Shown: positions 1 to 15,087 of the stretch, piece by piece
How positions within the stretch are numbered: the stretch's first letter is position 1
Layout of the letters: each line of letters opens with the position of its first letter
DNA from: Salpingoeca rosetta
Taxonomy: Eukaryota; Protista; Choanoflagellata
NCBI GenBank assembly: GCA_033442325.1
Contig: JAWQFM010000003.1
Location: 2,023,490 to 2,087,489, forward strand
DNA: 64,000 bases
Direction: 5' to 3'
Made by a program: the position numbers and the translations under genes
Notes under the pieces: model-generated
What the model was told of the DNA's origin: nothing
Database searches by the model: none
What the model saw: only the letters and a program-made list of their open reading frames with translations

Positions 1-120
1 CACACACACACACACACATCCACATTCACACACACACACACACATCCGCATCCACATCAACACACTCTTTCTCGCCATTCATCCACCCATTCACGCTCAC
101 ACCAACCCAAACCACGACAG

Positions 121-416
121 CTTCTGTGCCGCAGTTTATTGAGATGATTGAGAGCGCGACGGGCAAGCCTGCGCGCCGCAACGATATGGAGGCGCACGCG
201 GCCGAGCTGCCGGAGACATATGCCGACGTGAGCCACGCCGCAGACGTGCTGGACTACAGCCCCAAGATGGCCACGGACGAGGGCGTGAATGCGTTTGTCG
301 GCTGGTACAAGTGGTACTCTGAGCAAGGCATGTTCCGCCCCTTCCCGCGCGCAGACTACTACTTCCCTGGCGGCCCCGCTGATGAGGCCTTCAAGCAGCG
401 CCAGCAGCAGTTGTAG
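121..416 (+). CDS. Last exon of NAD-dependent epimerase, UDP-glucuronate 4-epimerase-like (5' part outside window)
   Basis: AG acceptor at 119-120. Translation FIEMIESATGKPARRNDMEAHAAELPETYADVSHAADVLDYSPKMATDEGVNAFVGWY matches the C-terminal pattern of GAE/CapI-type extended SDR epimerases (TYAD...Y.P....EG...FV.WY). Stop at 414-416. Confidence 0.75.
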
Positions 417-691
417 GCGGGCGCGTGCCGTGAATGTTGTTGTGTGCTGGCGTGCGTCTGTGTCTGTGTCTTCTGTCTGTGTGCGTCTGTGTTTGTCTGT
501 ATGTCTGTGTGTCTGTGTCTGTGTCTGTGTGTACGCCCGTCTATGTACATCCCCCCCCCCTTGTGCTTGCATGTCTCTCTCGTCCATTCTCTCCAAGTCC
601 ATTGCCTACGTGACGATCATTTCGAGTGAACACAACGCGAAGACCGTTTCAAAGCAGACAACCAACCTCTCCACACACCAAACAAACCCGA

Positions 692-1608
692 ATGATGATG
701 CTGCGACTTGGTGCCGTTGCGTGCCTGGTGCTGGTGGCGCTGCTGGGTGCTGCTGCCCCGGCACACGGCGATGCACAGGCTGTGTAAGTCGAGTTGGCAC
801 TGGCGAGTGTGGCAGGGTGTGTTCTGTCATTGATGCGAGACTGGGTTCTCATTGCTCTGCCTCTGCTTGTTCCACCTGCGGCCCTGCACCTGTGATACTG
901 TCCTTCCCACACCAACCAGGCGACAGCTGACGCGAGAGGACCTGTCGCACAAGCGCGTGAGCGAGCTCAGGCGGTTTCTCGAGGAGCGCGGTGCAGACTG
1001 TCTTGGCTGCGTGGAGAAGACGCACTTTGTGGATCGGGCACTGGAGGTGCAGAGCTGGCCCCTGAAACCCTCAACGCCCAAGCCCAAGCCCTCGGTGTGT
1101 GTGTCTGTGTGTGTGTCTGTGTGTGTGTCCGTGTGTGTATCTGCATGTGTCTGTGTGTGTGTGTGTGTATCTGCATGTGTCTGCTCTGTGTCTATGTGTC
1201 TCTGTCTTTGTGTCTGCCTGTCTGTCTGCCCCTCTGCCCCTCCCCCTCCCCCTTCCCCTCCCCCTCTGCCTCTGTCCACGCCATGCCACGCCACGCCAAC
1301 GTAATCCCCTGCCCTTCCACTGCCCCCTCCCTTGTTGCCACGCCATCACATCACCACAGAAGCAGGGCGACCCCGACATTGACGAGATGCTCAAGGCGTT
1401 CCAGCAGGACCAGGAGCGCAAGAAGAAGATGCACGACATGCTGCGCAAGCAAGGCATCAACCTGGGTGACCAAGATGACGCCCAGGCGAAGATCCTGGAG
1501 TCACTGCAGAAGATGCGCAAGCGACCCGCCAAGCAGGACGACAGCGACAGCGCCGACCGTGACCGTGGCAGCGAGGACCACGAGCAGCACAAGCACGAAG
1601 AGTTGTAG
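692..1608 (+). CDS. Small ER-lumenal protein with ARMET_C (MANF/CDNF C-terminal SAP-like, CxxC) domain; 3 exons (692-783, 920-1094, 1360-1608)
   Basis: In-frame GT-AG splicing. Signal peptide MMMLRLGAVACLVLVALLGAAAPAHG; domain DLSHKRVSELRRFLEERGADCLGCVEKTHFVDRALE; C-terminal HEEL* KDEL-like signal. Confidence 0.75.
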
Positions 1609-2202
1609 TGGATGACGGGCCTTCGATGGCAGTGTGTGTGTGTGTGTGTGTGTTCGCTTGTGCATGGATGTGTGCATGTATGCGTGTGTGCTGAGCGCAA
1701 ACGCATAGAGCAAGGGCGAAGAGTGTTGTGCTTGCTCTCTTCTTGTCACTGATACGAACGCGCTTGTATGACCCACCAGTGCAACACCACACACACGCGC
1801 GCGCGCACACACACACGCACACACCAACTATGTTCCCTGATGCGACAATAGAAGACGTACGTAACACACCATTTATCGTTAGAGAGACAAGCCGCAATCA
1901 CGCCGGCAATAGGTGGAAGGGGCGGGCACTACAGCAACGTAACACGCATTCAGCGCAGCGCGCTAGGGTTAAGAGGAAAGATAGCAAGAGAGAGAGAGAC
2001 AGAGAGAGACAGAGAGAGACAGAGAGAGAGAGAGAACATCGATTGAACCTTATCAGGGTGTCTGAAGAAGAGTGATGGTGCAGTGACAAGACCCGACAGC
2101 GTAACGCACGCTGGTCTCCACAAGACACATAACAACACCGGTACACCGCAGCGAGCACTGTCTGCACAAAGAGCGCGCCAACATCAACCACACTGCATCG
2201 CA

Positions 2203-2479
2203 TCATTTGTGCTGGGGCTTGCCGCCACCCACAGCCTCGTCGTAGCCAGGTGGCGCCTCAGCAGGGTACCCTTGCTGTTGCTGCTGTGGCGGTGCATATG
2301 GCTGTTGCTGCGGCTGTGCATATGGCTGCTGCGGCTGTGCATATGGCTGTTGCTGCTGTTGTGGCTGTGGTGGGTATCCATGGTGTGGCTGTGGTGGGTA
2401 CGGTTGTTGCTGTGGTGGATATCCTTGCTGCTGTTGATGTGGCGGCTGTGGATAGGGCTGCTGCTGTGGCGGGTATGCT

Positions 2480-2511
<32 letters not shown>

Positions 2512-3737
2512 CTGTGGCGGGTATGCTTGCTGCTGGAGGTATGGGTTTGGCGGCGTCTCTGAGTACATGGGCGGGAGGTTGGCGCGTGCGCGGCCGAGCG
2601 CTGCCAGATCAGCAGGCGTGTGGATGACTGCAACATGAGACGCAAGCAGGGAAGAGGAAGGAGGAGGAGGGTTTGAACAGCACGGTGAGGAGATGAAACA
2701 AATCAACTTGGCCGACGAAGGAGGTGTGAGTTCATAGATAGTGATGGTGGTGGTTGCGTGGCGTAAGGCTAACGCGATATGATGGCGATGCGATGGCTAG
2801 GCGGCGGTGGTGAACCAACCAATGGCGTACAAGCATTTGGACTGGTGCGCACGGAAGAACAAGACAAGACAAAACCACAAACAAACCACACACACACACT
2901 CACATTCACTCACACTCACACATAAACACATTCACACAATCACACACTCACACATACACACACTCACACATACACACACTCACACACACACACACAAATA
3001 TGCACAACTGACTCTTCTTCTCGACGACACCGGCGCCACAGCTGATGCGGGTGTCGGCTGTGCAGTGCAGAATCTTGACCCTGCCCATACCAACGTCAAC
3101 GCGCTCAAACACAATTGCTTCCTCGCACTGCAAAAAAGAATTGCAGGTGGCAGTGGGGCTGGGTGAGAAAAATACAGCTGAACACACGTCACCACAATCC
3201 AAAACACCAAGCTTTACGAGGTTGGCGCATGCATACCCACCATCGACTGTTCACCTCCTCAGCGACACATTGAAACACCCCCCCCCCAACAGCAACATGG
3301 CATAGCCACAACATCGCCCCCACATGTGCGTGATTGACCATGAGCAGTGTGTGTGTGTCTGTCTGTCTGTCTGTCTGTATGTATGTACTTTTGCTTGTTT
3401 GTTTGTTGTTTGTTTGTTTGTGTTTGTGTGTGTCGTACCGATCCCATGCCGACGCTCAAGCGCTTGCAGATTGCCAACTTGCAGCTGCCCATCCCTGTGA
3501 ATTGTAACAGATGAATCATGAAGACACCCCGTGTTTGCATGTAATGAGCGTCAGCATCCAGCACTCGGCGTGTGCGCGCAGACATGTACGCACGTGCGTA
3601 GACTGGAACATCCTCGCATCGTACCAATGTCGACCTTCCTGGCGATGGCCGAGTGCACGGACGACATGCTCACACTCTGAGACTTGCTGTCCATGTCAAG
3701 GCGTGTGTTTGTATGTGTGTGTGTGTGTATGTGTGTG

Positions 3738-3794
<57 letters not shown>

Positions 3795-4217
3795 GTGTGT
3801 GTGTGTGTTTGTATGTATGTGTGTGTGTTTGTATGTGTGTGTGTGTTTGTTTGTATGTGTGTGTTTGTATGTTTGCGGTGGTTGGGTGTGAATGAGTGCT
3901 CGTACTTCTGAATACTGGGTCCCGAGACAATGAGTGCTAGCATCATGTGAACAAACGGGTGAACAAACACAAGCGCGCATTCACACGCACGCACGTACGC
4001 AAACATACACACACGAGCGCAAGTGCGCAAGTCGTGTGAACAGAGCACAAACGAACACCAAAAGGTGAACAAAAGAAACCGATGCAAGTGTAATGTAACC
4101 CCCGCCCCCGCCCCCGCACACACACACACACCTCAGCGCGTTCCAGTTGAAGTCTACTCGAGTGCCCACGTCGCCCGGCGGCGGGCCCGCCATCGTCGTC
4201 GATTGCACCGCGCCCAT
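2203..4217 (-). CDS. Uncharacterised protein: N-myristoylation motif, short GMG repeats, Gln/Pro/Tyr-rich tail (>=5 exons)
   Basis: ATG at 4217 (MGAVQS). Exons splice in frame to ...SVSMSSVHSAIARKVDIG|MGSCKLAICKRLSVGMGS|CEEAIVFERVDVGMGRVKILHC...EKK|IIHTPADLAALG...YPPQQQ...PPGYDEAV...*. Confidence 0.6.
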
Positions 4218-4474
4218 GATGCCACAAGTGGTTGCCTGCAGCGATGATGATGATGACAAGCAGAGTCGTCGTTGTTGGTTCGTGCTTCGCTCCTTGCTTG
4301 GCTGAAGTTTGGAACTTTGGTGGAAATCTTCAAACCATTTTCCAGCCGCTATTTTCGTTTCCGCCAACAACGCAAACCAACACCACCAACACAACCCGAA
4401 GCACCTCGTCATCTCTCCTCTCCTCTCCCTCGACTTCCCTCCTCTCCTCTGTGGAAACTGCAGCAAGACCCAGT

Positions 4475-5830
<1,356 letters not shown>

Positions 5831-6173
5831 CCATTGCACATCAGCACAGACCATCACCCACCACCATTAATACCATTCACCCCTCTGCTGGTCCCATTCG
5901 CCATCTCACCTGTACCACCACCATCATACTTGCACCATCACTCCCCAATTTGGGAAGATGCTGGTATCTCGCGTCATGGCACTTCAAGTTCTTCATTGGC
6001 GCCTATGTACACACGCGCACGTTGTAAAAGAGACAGAAAGCAACGACAACCAAGCAAGGTGCAAAGGAATCATAACAATAACAAATGCGTCTAAGATGCC
6101 CCCCCCCCAAAAAAAAAAACAAGCACAGAGACAGAGAGATGAAGCCAGAGGAGTGCACAGTTACATTGCATAT

Positions 6174-6307
6174 TCACGCACGCACGCACACACGCACACA
6201 CACACGCACACGTGTGGTGTCAGAGGTGGGTCGAAGCAAGAATCTGCAGTGCCAGCAATAGTACGTGACGGTGGATGAGTTTGAGGTGCTGTGAGGGTAC
6301 GACTGAG

Positions 6308-6398
<91 letters not shown>

Positions 6399-6582
6399 AG
6401 AGTGCAAGCGTGAGGACAGGTGGGGCGATGGGTGGTAACTTACGTTGTCTTCGCGGTCTGTGAGGGGAAGAGAGGGCGGTACCCAGGGGTCAAACGAGAA
6501 CTTGGGCGTCTCTGTCACCAGCTGAATCAGAGACAACAAGGAGCAGGGGAACAAGTGAGGTTGCGGACCGTCAACAGTCGAG

Positions 6583-6635
<53 letters not shown>

Positions 6636-6652
6636 CCGAACGCATACACAGA

Positions 6653-6684
<32 letters not shown>

Positions 6685-8932
6685 CCCTTCATCTCACACA
6701 AACACAACCACCACCACCCGAGCAGCCAAACAAAGGCCTGACCAGTGTGAGGGCGGTGCTGGCGTCATGCCTCCATGCCTGGGCGACCATGGCCACGGCC
6801 TCCTCGTGTCGAAGCCCGCGCGTGCTGTGATTCTCCACACGCAGCAGCAGCATCCCCGCACGCACACCGGCCGCACGCGCACACCTGGGAAACGGGCAGA
6901 GGGGAATGACGGGAGGCATGAAGCGACACGATTCACGTACACGTGAGCACATGTACGTGCACACACACACACACACACACAAGTTTCCACGCACATCCGC
7001 ATGCAGGCACACACATTGACACGCACACAGATACACACACGCACACGCCATCGCCAGCAAGACTCACCCGTCAGCCCTGACGTCCCTGATAACAATTCCG
7101 CCAAACTGTAACGCCTTCTGCGCGGATGCACCACGCGCGTGTGCGTCCACATGTGTGATTGGCTCGCCGCCCTGCACAACAAGCCCAAGACGACGGCTGC
7201 TGTCGCTCTTGCTGATGTCGATGCGCAGAGTCCCCGTGTCTCCGTAGTCCGGCCACGCTGATGGGAGGAAGGGGGAAGGGGTTATGGTGTGTGAGTTGAG
7301 GTGATGGGTTGGGGTATTGAGTTGGGCATGAGGTGTTGTGCAGTGAGGGAAGAAGCGATGACGCTCATGGTGATGGTGCCGTGGTTCACGTTCCGTGAGA
7401 GGAAGCCGCACGCGAACACATGCCAACACATGCTAATACATGCTAATACGTGATAGAACATGCTCAGGGCCATCAGTCAACGCCATGCAGCACACTCAGC
7501 ACCGCCACCATCGCCACGACCACGGTCAACACCTTGGTCGCCGCGCTGCGCCTTCTTCTGCTCCTCCTCCTCCTTTGCATGCTGTGCAATCAGGTGCTGC
7601 TTTGCCTGCAGCTCTTGTGTCGACACCAACGCGTTGAACACGGAAACATCAAACGGCTGGTATAACAGGGGCGGTGGCGGGGAGGAGTGAGTGATGGGGG
7701 AGAGTGTGGACCGCAGAGGAAAGACAATGGTATGAGTTCAAGGTATGAAGCAGAGGGAGAAGGATGGGAGTGCAAGTTGCCGCACAGCAGCCATCGCCCC
7801 CACAATCGGCAACCATTGTGTCACTTCACCATCGCCACCTAAAACACCATCAGCATCCCCACCACCACCACCACCACCACCACCACCACCACCACGGACC
7901 GCGACGGAAGCGAGCATGTGCAGACCTTGAGGAGCGGGCGAATGGTGGCGAGGACGCGGAAGTGGTGCGGGTCCGAGAGCTGTGCAAGGAGATATCGCGC
8001 CATGTCCTTCAACGGCAGTCGCCCATGCAGATACGAGCGCACCGCATTGGCAACCGGCTGCCCAACGTCTGCAAATGTGTGTGTGTGTTGGGGGGAGGGG
8101 GTTGTGTGGGTTGTTGGAGGGGTGTTGGGAGCGGTGTTTGGGTGTTTGCTGAGACACGCACACGCACACGCACGCACTAGCACTAGCACTAGCACACGCA
8201 CACGCACACACAGTGTGAGTGCGTGCACACCTGCTCCGAGCACGTCGACAACAGCGGCTTCCATTGCCATCTTGGATGCGGCCCCGACGACAGGCGGCTG
8301 CGGCCGACCAGCAGCAGCGGTGGTGGTGGTGGTGGTGGTCGTGGTGGTAGTGGTGGTCGTGGTGAGGAGGAGCAGGAGGAGGAGGAGAATGAGGAGAATG
8401 AGGAGGAGGAGAATGAGAAGCAGAAGAAACAGGAATGCGCGCGGAAGCTCGTGTTGGACGAGGGGTGTGTGAATGAACGGGCACATCGCACCTCTGCGAC
8501 GCGGTGTTTGTGCTTTGTTGCCTCCTGCTGTTCCCTCTCCACCTCTTCCGCCGGCACAAACTTGACGTCGTCCACACTGCAGAGAAGAGGCGAAGATGTG
8601 TGAGGCTGGTGGTGATGGTGGTGCTGTTCAAGCATGACCGACACTGTCATTCATGCGTCCATTGCCCTTCACGACATCACACTCCATGACACAACCACCT
8701 AACACGACCCCACGACACTAAAACACCACGGCACGGTACACCCACCGCTACACAATACACCCACCACGCTCTTCCCTCTCCTCTCTCCGTCACTGACTCG
8801 ATGCGGTGTGTTGGGACGCGGCCACGATACTTGACGACCATTAACAGATCATCAGATCGCCGAATCAGATCAATGACTTCCTCGTGCCGAAACGCAGTCA
8901 CGTCCTCGTCGTTGATGCTCAGGATCTGCAAT

Positions 8933-8965
<33 letters not shown>

Positions 8966-10423
8966 GTGGTGGTGGTGATGGTGATGGTGGTGGTGGTGGT
9001 GAGGGGGGGCGGAGGGACGGGAGTAGAAGGAGCAGCATTGATGAGGTGTGGGCAGGGTTGCGTCACAAATTGAACACCAGCCACCAGCACAAACATTAGA
9101 ACGTGACTGCGACAATGTGTGACCACGTTCATGTGATGCAACGCACCTGGTGCCCCGGCATCAAGCCAGCGCTCTCCGCCTGGCCGTGGCGATCAACACC
9201 TGACACGCACGAGAAGGTGGTGATGATGAGAGGAAGAAGTACGAAGCCTGAAAAGGTGCACGCACACACACGCACACTCACACACACGCACACACACACA
9301 CTCACACTCACACGCCCACGCACACGCACACTCACTCACTCACACTTACACACACACACACACGCTGTGGCTGGTCTTACTTGAGATGAAGACGGGCAGG
9401 TCAAAGTCGCTTCCGCCACGGATGCTGAATCCCAGCGGTCCTGTGCTTTTCTGCAGCAGAACGCGCCGCTCGCCCTCGTCCGTCGGCAGCGATGGCGAGG
9501 ATCGACCACCCATCGGGGCGCCCAGGGACGTCGCGAGCGCCTGACCCTGTTGTGGTGGGAGGCGGACGTGGTCGTGGTCGTGGGTGGCGTGTGGGTGGAA
9601 GATGATGAGACAAACAATGTGTGTCTGTGTCTGTGTCTATATCTGTGAGTCTGTGTGTGTGCGTGTCTGTCTGTCTGTCTGTGTGTGTGTGTGTGTGTCT
9701 GTCTGTCTGTCTGTCTGTCTGTGTCTGTCTGTGTCTGTGTGTATCTAAGGTGGTACATATTGCACAGGACCACGGTCACACCACATTACTCAGCCAATCA
9801 CCATGCAACCAGCATGTCCACAACAGCAACTGCGAGCCGCACCTTTCCGTCCACCCAATTGAATGTTGAGCGCGCCACGTATTTCGCTGGCACGTGGCCC
9901 GTGTACTGCGACCGTTATGACGTGACGTGACAAGCAACGATGATGATGGTCATCAGACATGCAGATGCGTAGCGGTGTTGTTGAAGACGTACGTCTACAT
10001 GCATATGCTCGGGTGGCGTCATCACGACGATAGCGTCCCCACGCACACACGCACGTGCACACATACGCACGCACGCACACACACGCACACACGCACGCAC
10101 ACCCGCACGCACGCACACACATACGCACACACACACATACACACATACACACACCCAAACACACAAAGGGTCGCCTGTCTCACCCGCACGACGAGGCGAA
10201 GGATCGTTGTGGTCTTGATAATCTCCACTGCGCGCGCATGGGTAATGCCCTGGAACGAAATGCCGTTTGCAGAGAGGATTTCATCACCAATGCGAAGACC
10301 CGCGCGACCGGAAGGGGAATCCGCATCCACCGACGACACAAACACGCCCGTACCTGAAAAAAAAAAGGAGTTTGTGTGGCGCGAAAATGCACATGTGAAC
10401 GTGAATGGGTGAATGTGGGTGCG

Positions 10424-10495
<72 letters not shown>

Positions 10496-11792
10496 GAAAT
10501 GTGTTTCAACGTATGCGCATCCGGGGAGTGTATCTGCCAGGTATTCCAAGGCAGTCCTCATGTACGCACGCTTGTTGCACGATACATGAAACGCAACCGC
10601 ACAAACGCCGACCACACTGTCCACCCCACCCCCATTTCACTTCCTTACCCATATCGTATCCACCACGGATGTTCATGCCGAAACTCTCGTGTTGGTGGCG
10701 CTGGATGCTGAGCGGGCGGCTCACACCAAGCGACTGCACAGCAACGAAGACAGGTCAAAGTAACATGAGTTTACTGAGTGTACGTGCTGTGCTGCCTTGA
10801 AGGCACGGCGATGGAAGGATGTGCGCAACGGCCTCTCTTCTCTCACAACCCAAACCCAAGTTGCCCCCGCACCCCCCTCTTCCTCTGCAAAGCAAAGAGT
10901 GCATTAACTACCACCTCCACGCAGACACACGTACCTCCAGTTCTTGCTTTGAGATGGGGTGTGCCATGTGCTCGTAAGGTGCCATCTTGTCAAACGCCGA
11001 ACGAAGCTGCAAGGTGTTCAACATAGCAGATCAGGGTAAATGTGTGTGAGAACGAAGAAAGAGGCGAGGGAACGGGGTGCGCTGAGGGGCCACATGTCAA
11101 GCGCACGGTATCGCACCGCAAAGTCATCTGGAATCAAGAAGCGCAGCGGCCGGAGCAAGTCGCGCTTCTGTGGTGTGTCGAGAACAATCTATCAAATTAT
11201 ACACACAGAGGCAATCGTGCAGCGGTGAGGGCGAAGCTGTGCACAATGGGAGAAGAGAACGGAACACGCGAGCAGCCCATGCACTGGTAAAGAAGCTGCT
11301 TGACGAACAAGCTACATGCACAAGCAAGCTAGCAAGCAAGCTAGCAAGCAAGCAGCTGTGCAGTCATGAACCCTACATTGAGCGTGGCCACGAGCCTAGG
11401 CACGGATTTTGAATGCTTAAACTCTGTCAGCGCATGCTGCAACTGGACCTTCTCATGGTCATTGAGATAGTGCTGGGCCTGTGCACGTGTGTGTGTGTGT
11501 GATGTGTGATGTGTGTGTGGTGTGTGTGATGTGTGTGTGAGGCAATCATGCGCTCGCAAGCAGGACAGTAACATCCAATGCCACTCAGAGAGAACAAGGA
11601 ACCCCCACTTCCCTCAACACCGCACAACGCACACCACACACATCACACACCACACACACATCACACATCACACACCACACCACACACACACCACACACCA
11701 CACACACACACCACACACCACACACCACGCACACGCACCATTTCCTGGAACTCAGCCACATGCTGTGACCGTGTTGGTGGGGACGCTTGCAT
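6174..11792 (-). CDS. Whirlin/PDZD7-like scaffold (HHD-PDZ1-PDZ2-HHD-PDZ3); last exon and stop uncertain
   Basis: ATG 11792. HHD1: [17 protein letters not shown]...[23 protein letters not shown]1: [12 protein letters not shown]|[26 protein letters not shown], followed by [20 protein letters not shown]2: [18 protein letters not shown]|GVD...GHQ|ILSIND, followed by [10 protein letters not shown]|VDDVKFV. Helical HHD2 near 7925-8300. PDZ3: LGLVVQGG...[11 protein letters not shown]. Confidence 0.8.
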
Positions 11793-12042
11793 CGTTGCAG
11801 TGTGCGTGAATGTGATGTGGCAAAGCAAGCAAGCAAGCACAACCAAGAAGAACAACAAGCAGCTGAAGCAGGCGTTGTTGGCGTTGTGCTGTTTGTATTG
11901 TTGGCTGGTGGTGTGTGACTGAATTCAGTCGGTGGGTGTTTGTGGAAGGTTTGTGAATACCGGTGCAAATTTTCTTGGGCGCTGACCACTGGATACGACG
12001 GAAGAAGAACAAGAGGAAGACTTCAAGCAAGCAAACAAAACC

Positions 12043-12849
12043 ATGGACGCTGCTGCTGTTGTTGAAGCTGCTGGTGCGCACAAGCGCCCTGAGGATGCCA
12101 AGCACGTTGGTTATGGCACTGCCGGGTTCCGCACCAAGGCAGACATCCTGGACCACGTGCTGATGCGCGTTGGCGTCTTGGCGGCGCTTCGGTCCCGCTG
12201 CAAGGGCGGAGGTAAGGCTGACGTGTTCGTTTTGTTGTGTCTGTGTCTGTCTGTGTCTGTGTATCTGTGTGTGTCTGTGTCTGTGTCTGTGTCTGTGTGT
12301 GTGTCTGTCTGTGTCTGTCTGTCTGTCTGTGTCTGTCTGTGTCTGTCTGTCTGTGTGCCTGTGCCTGTGCAATTTAATTGCTTGTGATGTGCTTCTGCAA
12401 GACGCCAAGTCAACGACTTGCACATGGGCACTGACGTGCTGGTACGTTCGCTCCACCCTCTGCTTTCCCGTTCCCCACGCCTTAGCTGCCATCGGCCTGA
12501 TGGTCACGGCATCCCACAACCCGGAGCCAGACAACGGCGCCAAGCTGGTGAGTGCACGCTCACTGTCACTCAATGCAAGAATTGGCGCATGAAGATCGCG
12601 CTTGGCCGCTGCACACGCTGATAAAACATGCAACCCTATTGTTTTATTTTGTGTCACGTATGGGTCTGGTGCAGGTGGATCCCATGGGTGAGATGCTGGA
12701 GGCGAGCTGGGAGGCATACGCGACCCGCCTCGCAAACTGCAAGGACGACGAGCTTGTCGGCGAGATCAACGTGCGGCCTGCGTTTATGTGTGTGTGTGTG
12801 CGTGTGTGTGTGTGGGTGTGGGTGTGTGTGTGGGTGTGGGTGTGGGTGT

Positions 12850-12934
<85 letters not shown>

Positions 12935-13072
12935 TGTGTGGGTGTGTGTGTGTGTGTGTGTTTGTGTGTGGGTGTGGGTGTGGGTGGGTGTGTGTATCTG
13001 TGCGTGTGTGTTTGTGTTTGTGTTTGTGTGTCTGTGCGTGTGTGTGTCTGTCTGTCCATCTGTCTGTCTGTC

Positions 13073-13103
<31 letters not shown>

Positions 13104-13972
13104 CTCTCTCTCTATGTCTCCCTCTATGTCTCCATGGTACACAAGTTTCTTTTGCGACAGCTCACGTGCTTTACGCGCTTCCACAACCACCAAAACACGC
13201 GCGCGCTTGTGCATGAGCAGACCATCATCTCGGAGTGCGGCATTGACATGCAGACCAAGGCCAAGGTTGTTCTCGGTCGCGACACGCGCGGCAGCGGCCT
13301 CAAGCTCTGCCAGGCCGCCCGTGACGGCTGCACGTAAGACCATGCCCGCATGCGCACATGTGCTTGTCCGTGTGTTGTGTGTGTGTGTGTGCATTTGTGT
13401 CTGTCTGTCTGTCCGTCTGTCTGTCAGTCTGTTGTGTGTCTGTCTGTGTCTGTGTGTACATCTGTGTGTTACCCTGTGTGCTTCTGTGAGAGCTGAACGC
13501 AAGCTGTGTTGGTTGGCTCGTTCCACCTCACGTCACCATTGCTTCTTGCAGCGCACTCGGTGCTGAGGTGGTGGATCTGGGCATCGTCACCACGCCACAA
13601 GTCCACTACGTCGTGCGGTGAGTGACCCGTGCCTGCAAGCACGCACGCCAATCACAACTCAGCTTCAGTCGCTGCTCATGCGTCAAGTGCACGCTTGTGT
13701 TGTCGCAAGCACATCTACACATCCGCACACCTACGCGCGCATTACATGCGTGTCTACACATCCGCACACACCCAAGCATCACCCACCTCACCCTTCACCA
13801 CCTCCACCACCTCCACATGTCTGCTGCCTGCTGTCTGCTGTTCAGGTGCCTGAACGACGCCACATACGGCACGCCCACGGTTGCCGGGTATCAGGAGAAG
13901 CTCGCAGCAGCATTCAAGGCAATCTGGACCCTCGCAGGCCGCACCGACCTAATCAGCCTCAAGGTACAGATG

Positions 13973-14004
<32 letters not shown>

Positions 14005-15019
14005 CTATCTGTCTGTCTGTCTGTATGTATGTATGTCTGTGTGTGTGTGTATGTGTCTATCTGTCTGTCTGTCTGTCTGTCTGTCTGTGTGTGTGTGTAT
14101 GTCTGTGTGTGTGTGTGTGTCTGTCTGTCTGCCTGCCTGCCTGTGTCTGTGTGTATCTGCGTGTGTATTTGTCCATTTACCCATTGAGCTTGATTCTTTG
14201 GTTGCTGCTCGAGCCATGCCCACTGGTGTGGGTGCTGTGACATGTCCACCTCACACCTGACCTCACCATTCACATGCATGTGTGTGCATGCATGCATGCA
14301 ACAGCTTGACTGCGCCAACGGCGTTGGTGCTGTGCAGATGAAGGAGCTTCTGAAGCACCTCGACTCCATGCTCAAGGTGTGGCAAGGCAGCGGGGCGCAC
14401 CACGCTGCCTCCATGCTCAAGGTGTGGCAAGGCAGCGGAGCGCACCACGCCGCATCAACCACCACATGACGCTCGTCACACCACAACACGTCAGCACCAA
14501 CCACAGCCCACACCACACCACACACCACAGCACGTCACAGCACGTCATTTCCATCCCTCATGTCTCCTCGTTCCCACTGCTGCATATGGCCCCCTTTGTC
14601 TGTCAGGTTGAGATGTACAACGACGGCAGCGGGCAGCTCAACCACGAGGTGGGCTTGACGCGTGCATGCATTACTTGCGCTATGGACGTTGCATGCATCC
14701 GTGTGTTTATGTACATGTGTTGTTGTGTGGCCGCGTCGTGAATACATGTGTTCTGGTCATACACACATACACATCGCCTCAGCTCACCCCTCATCCCCCC
14801 ACCCCCCCTTTCGTCGCAACGCTGCAGTGCGGTGCGGACTACGTGAAGGTGCAGCAGCATGCACCGGCCAATATGACGGCTGGCGCGGGCGACCGCTGCG
14901 TCACGTTTGATGGCGATGCCGACCGCGTGCTCTATTTCTTCACCAGGGATGGCACATTCTTCATGCTGGTGCGCACGTTCATGGAGGTGGCATGTGTGTT
15001 TTGTGTGTGTGTGTGTGTG

Positions 15020-15087
<68 letters not shown>

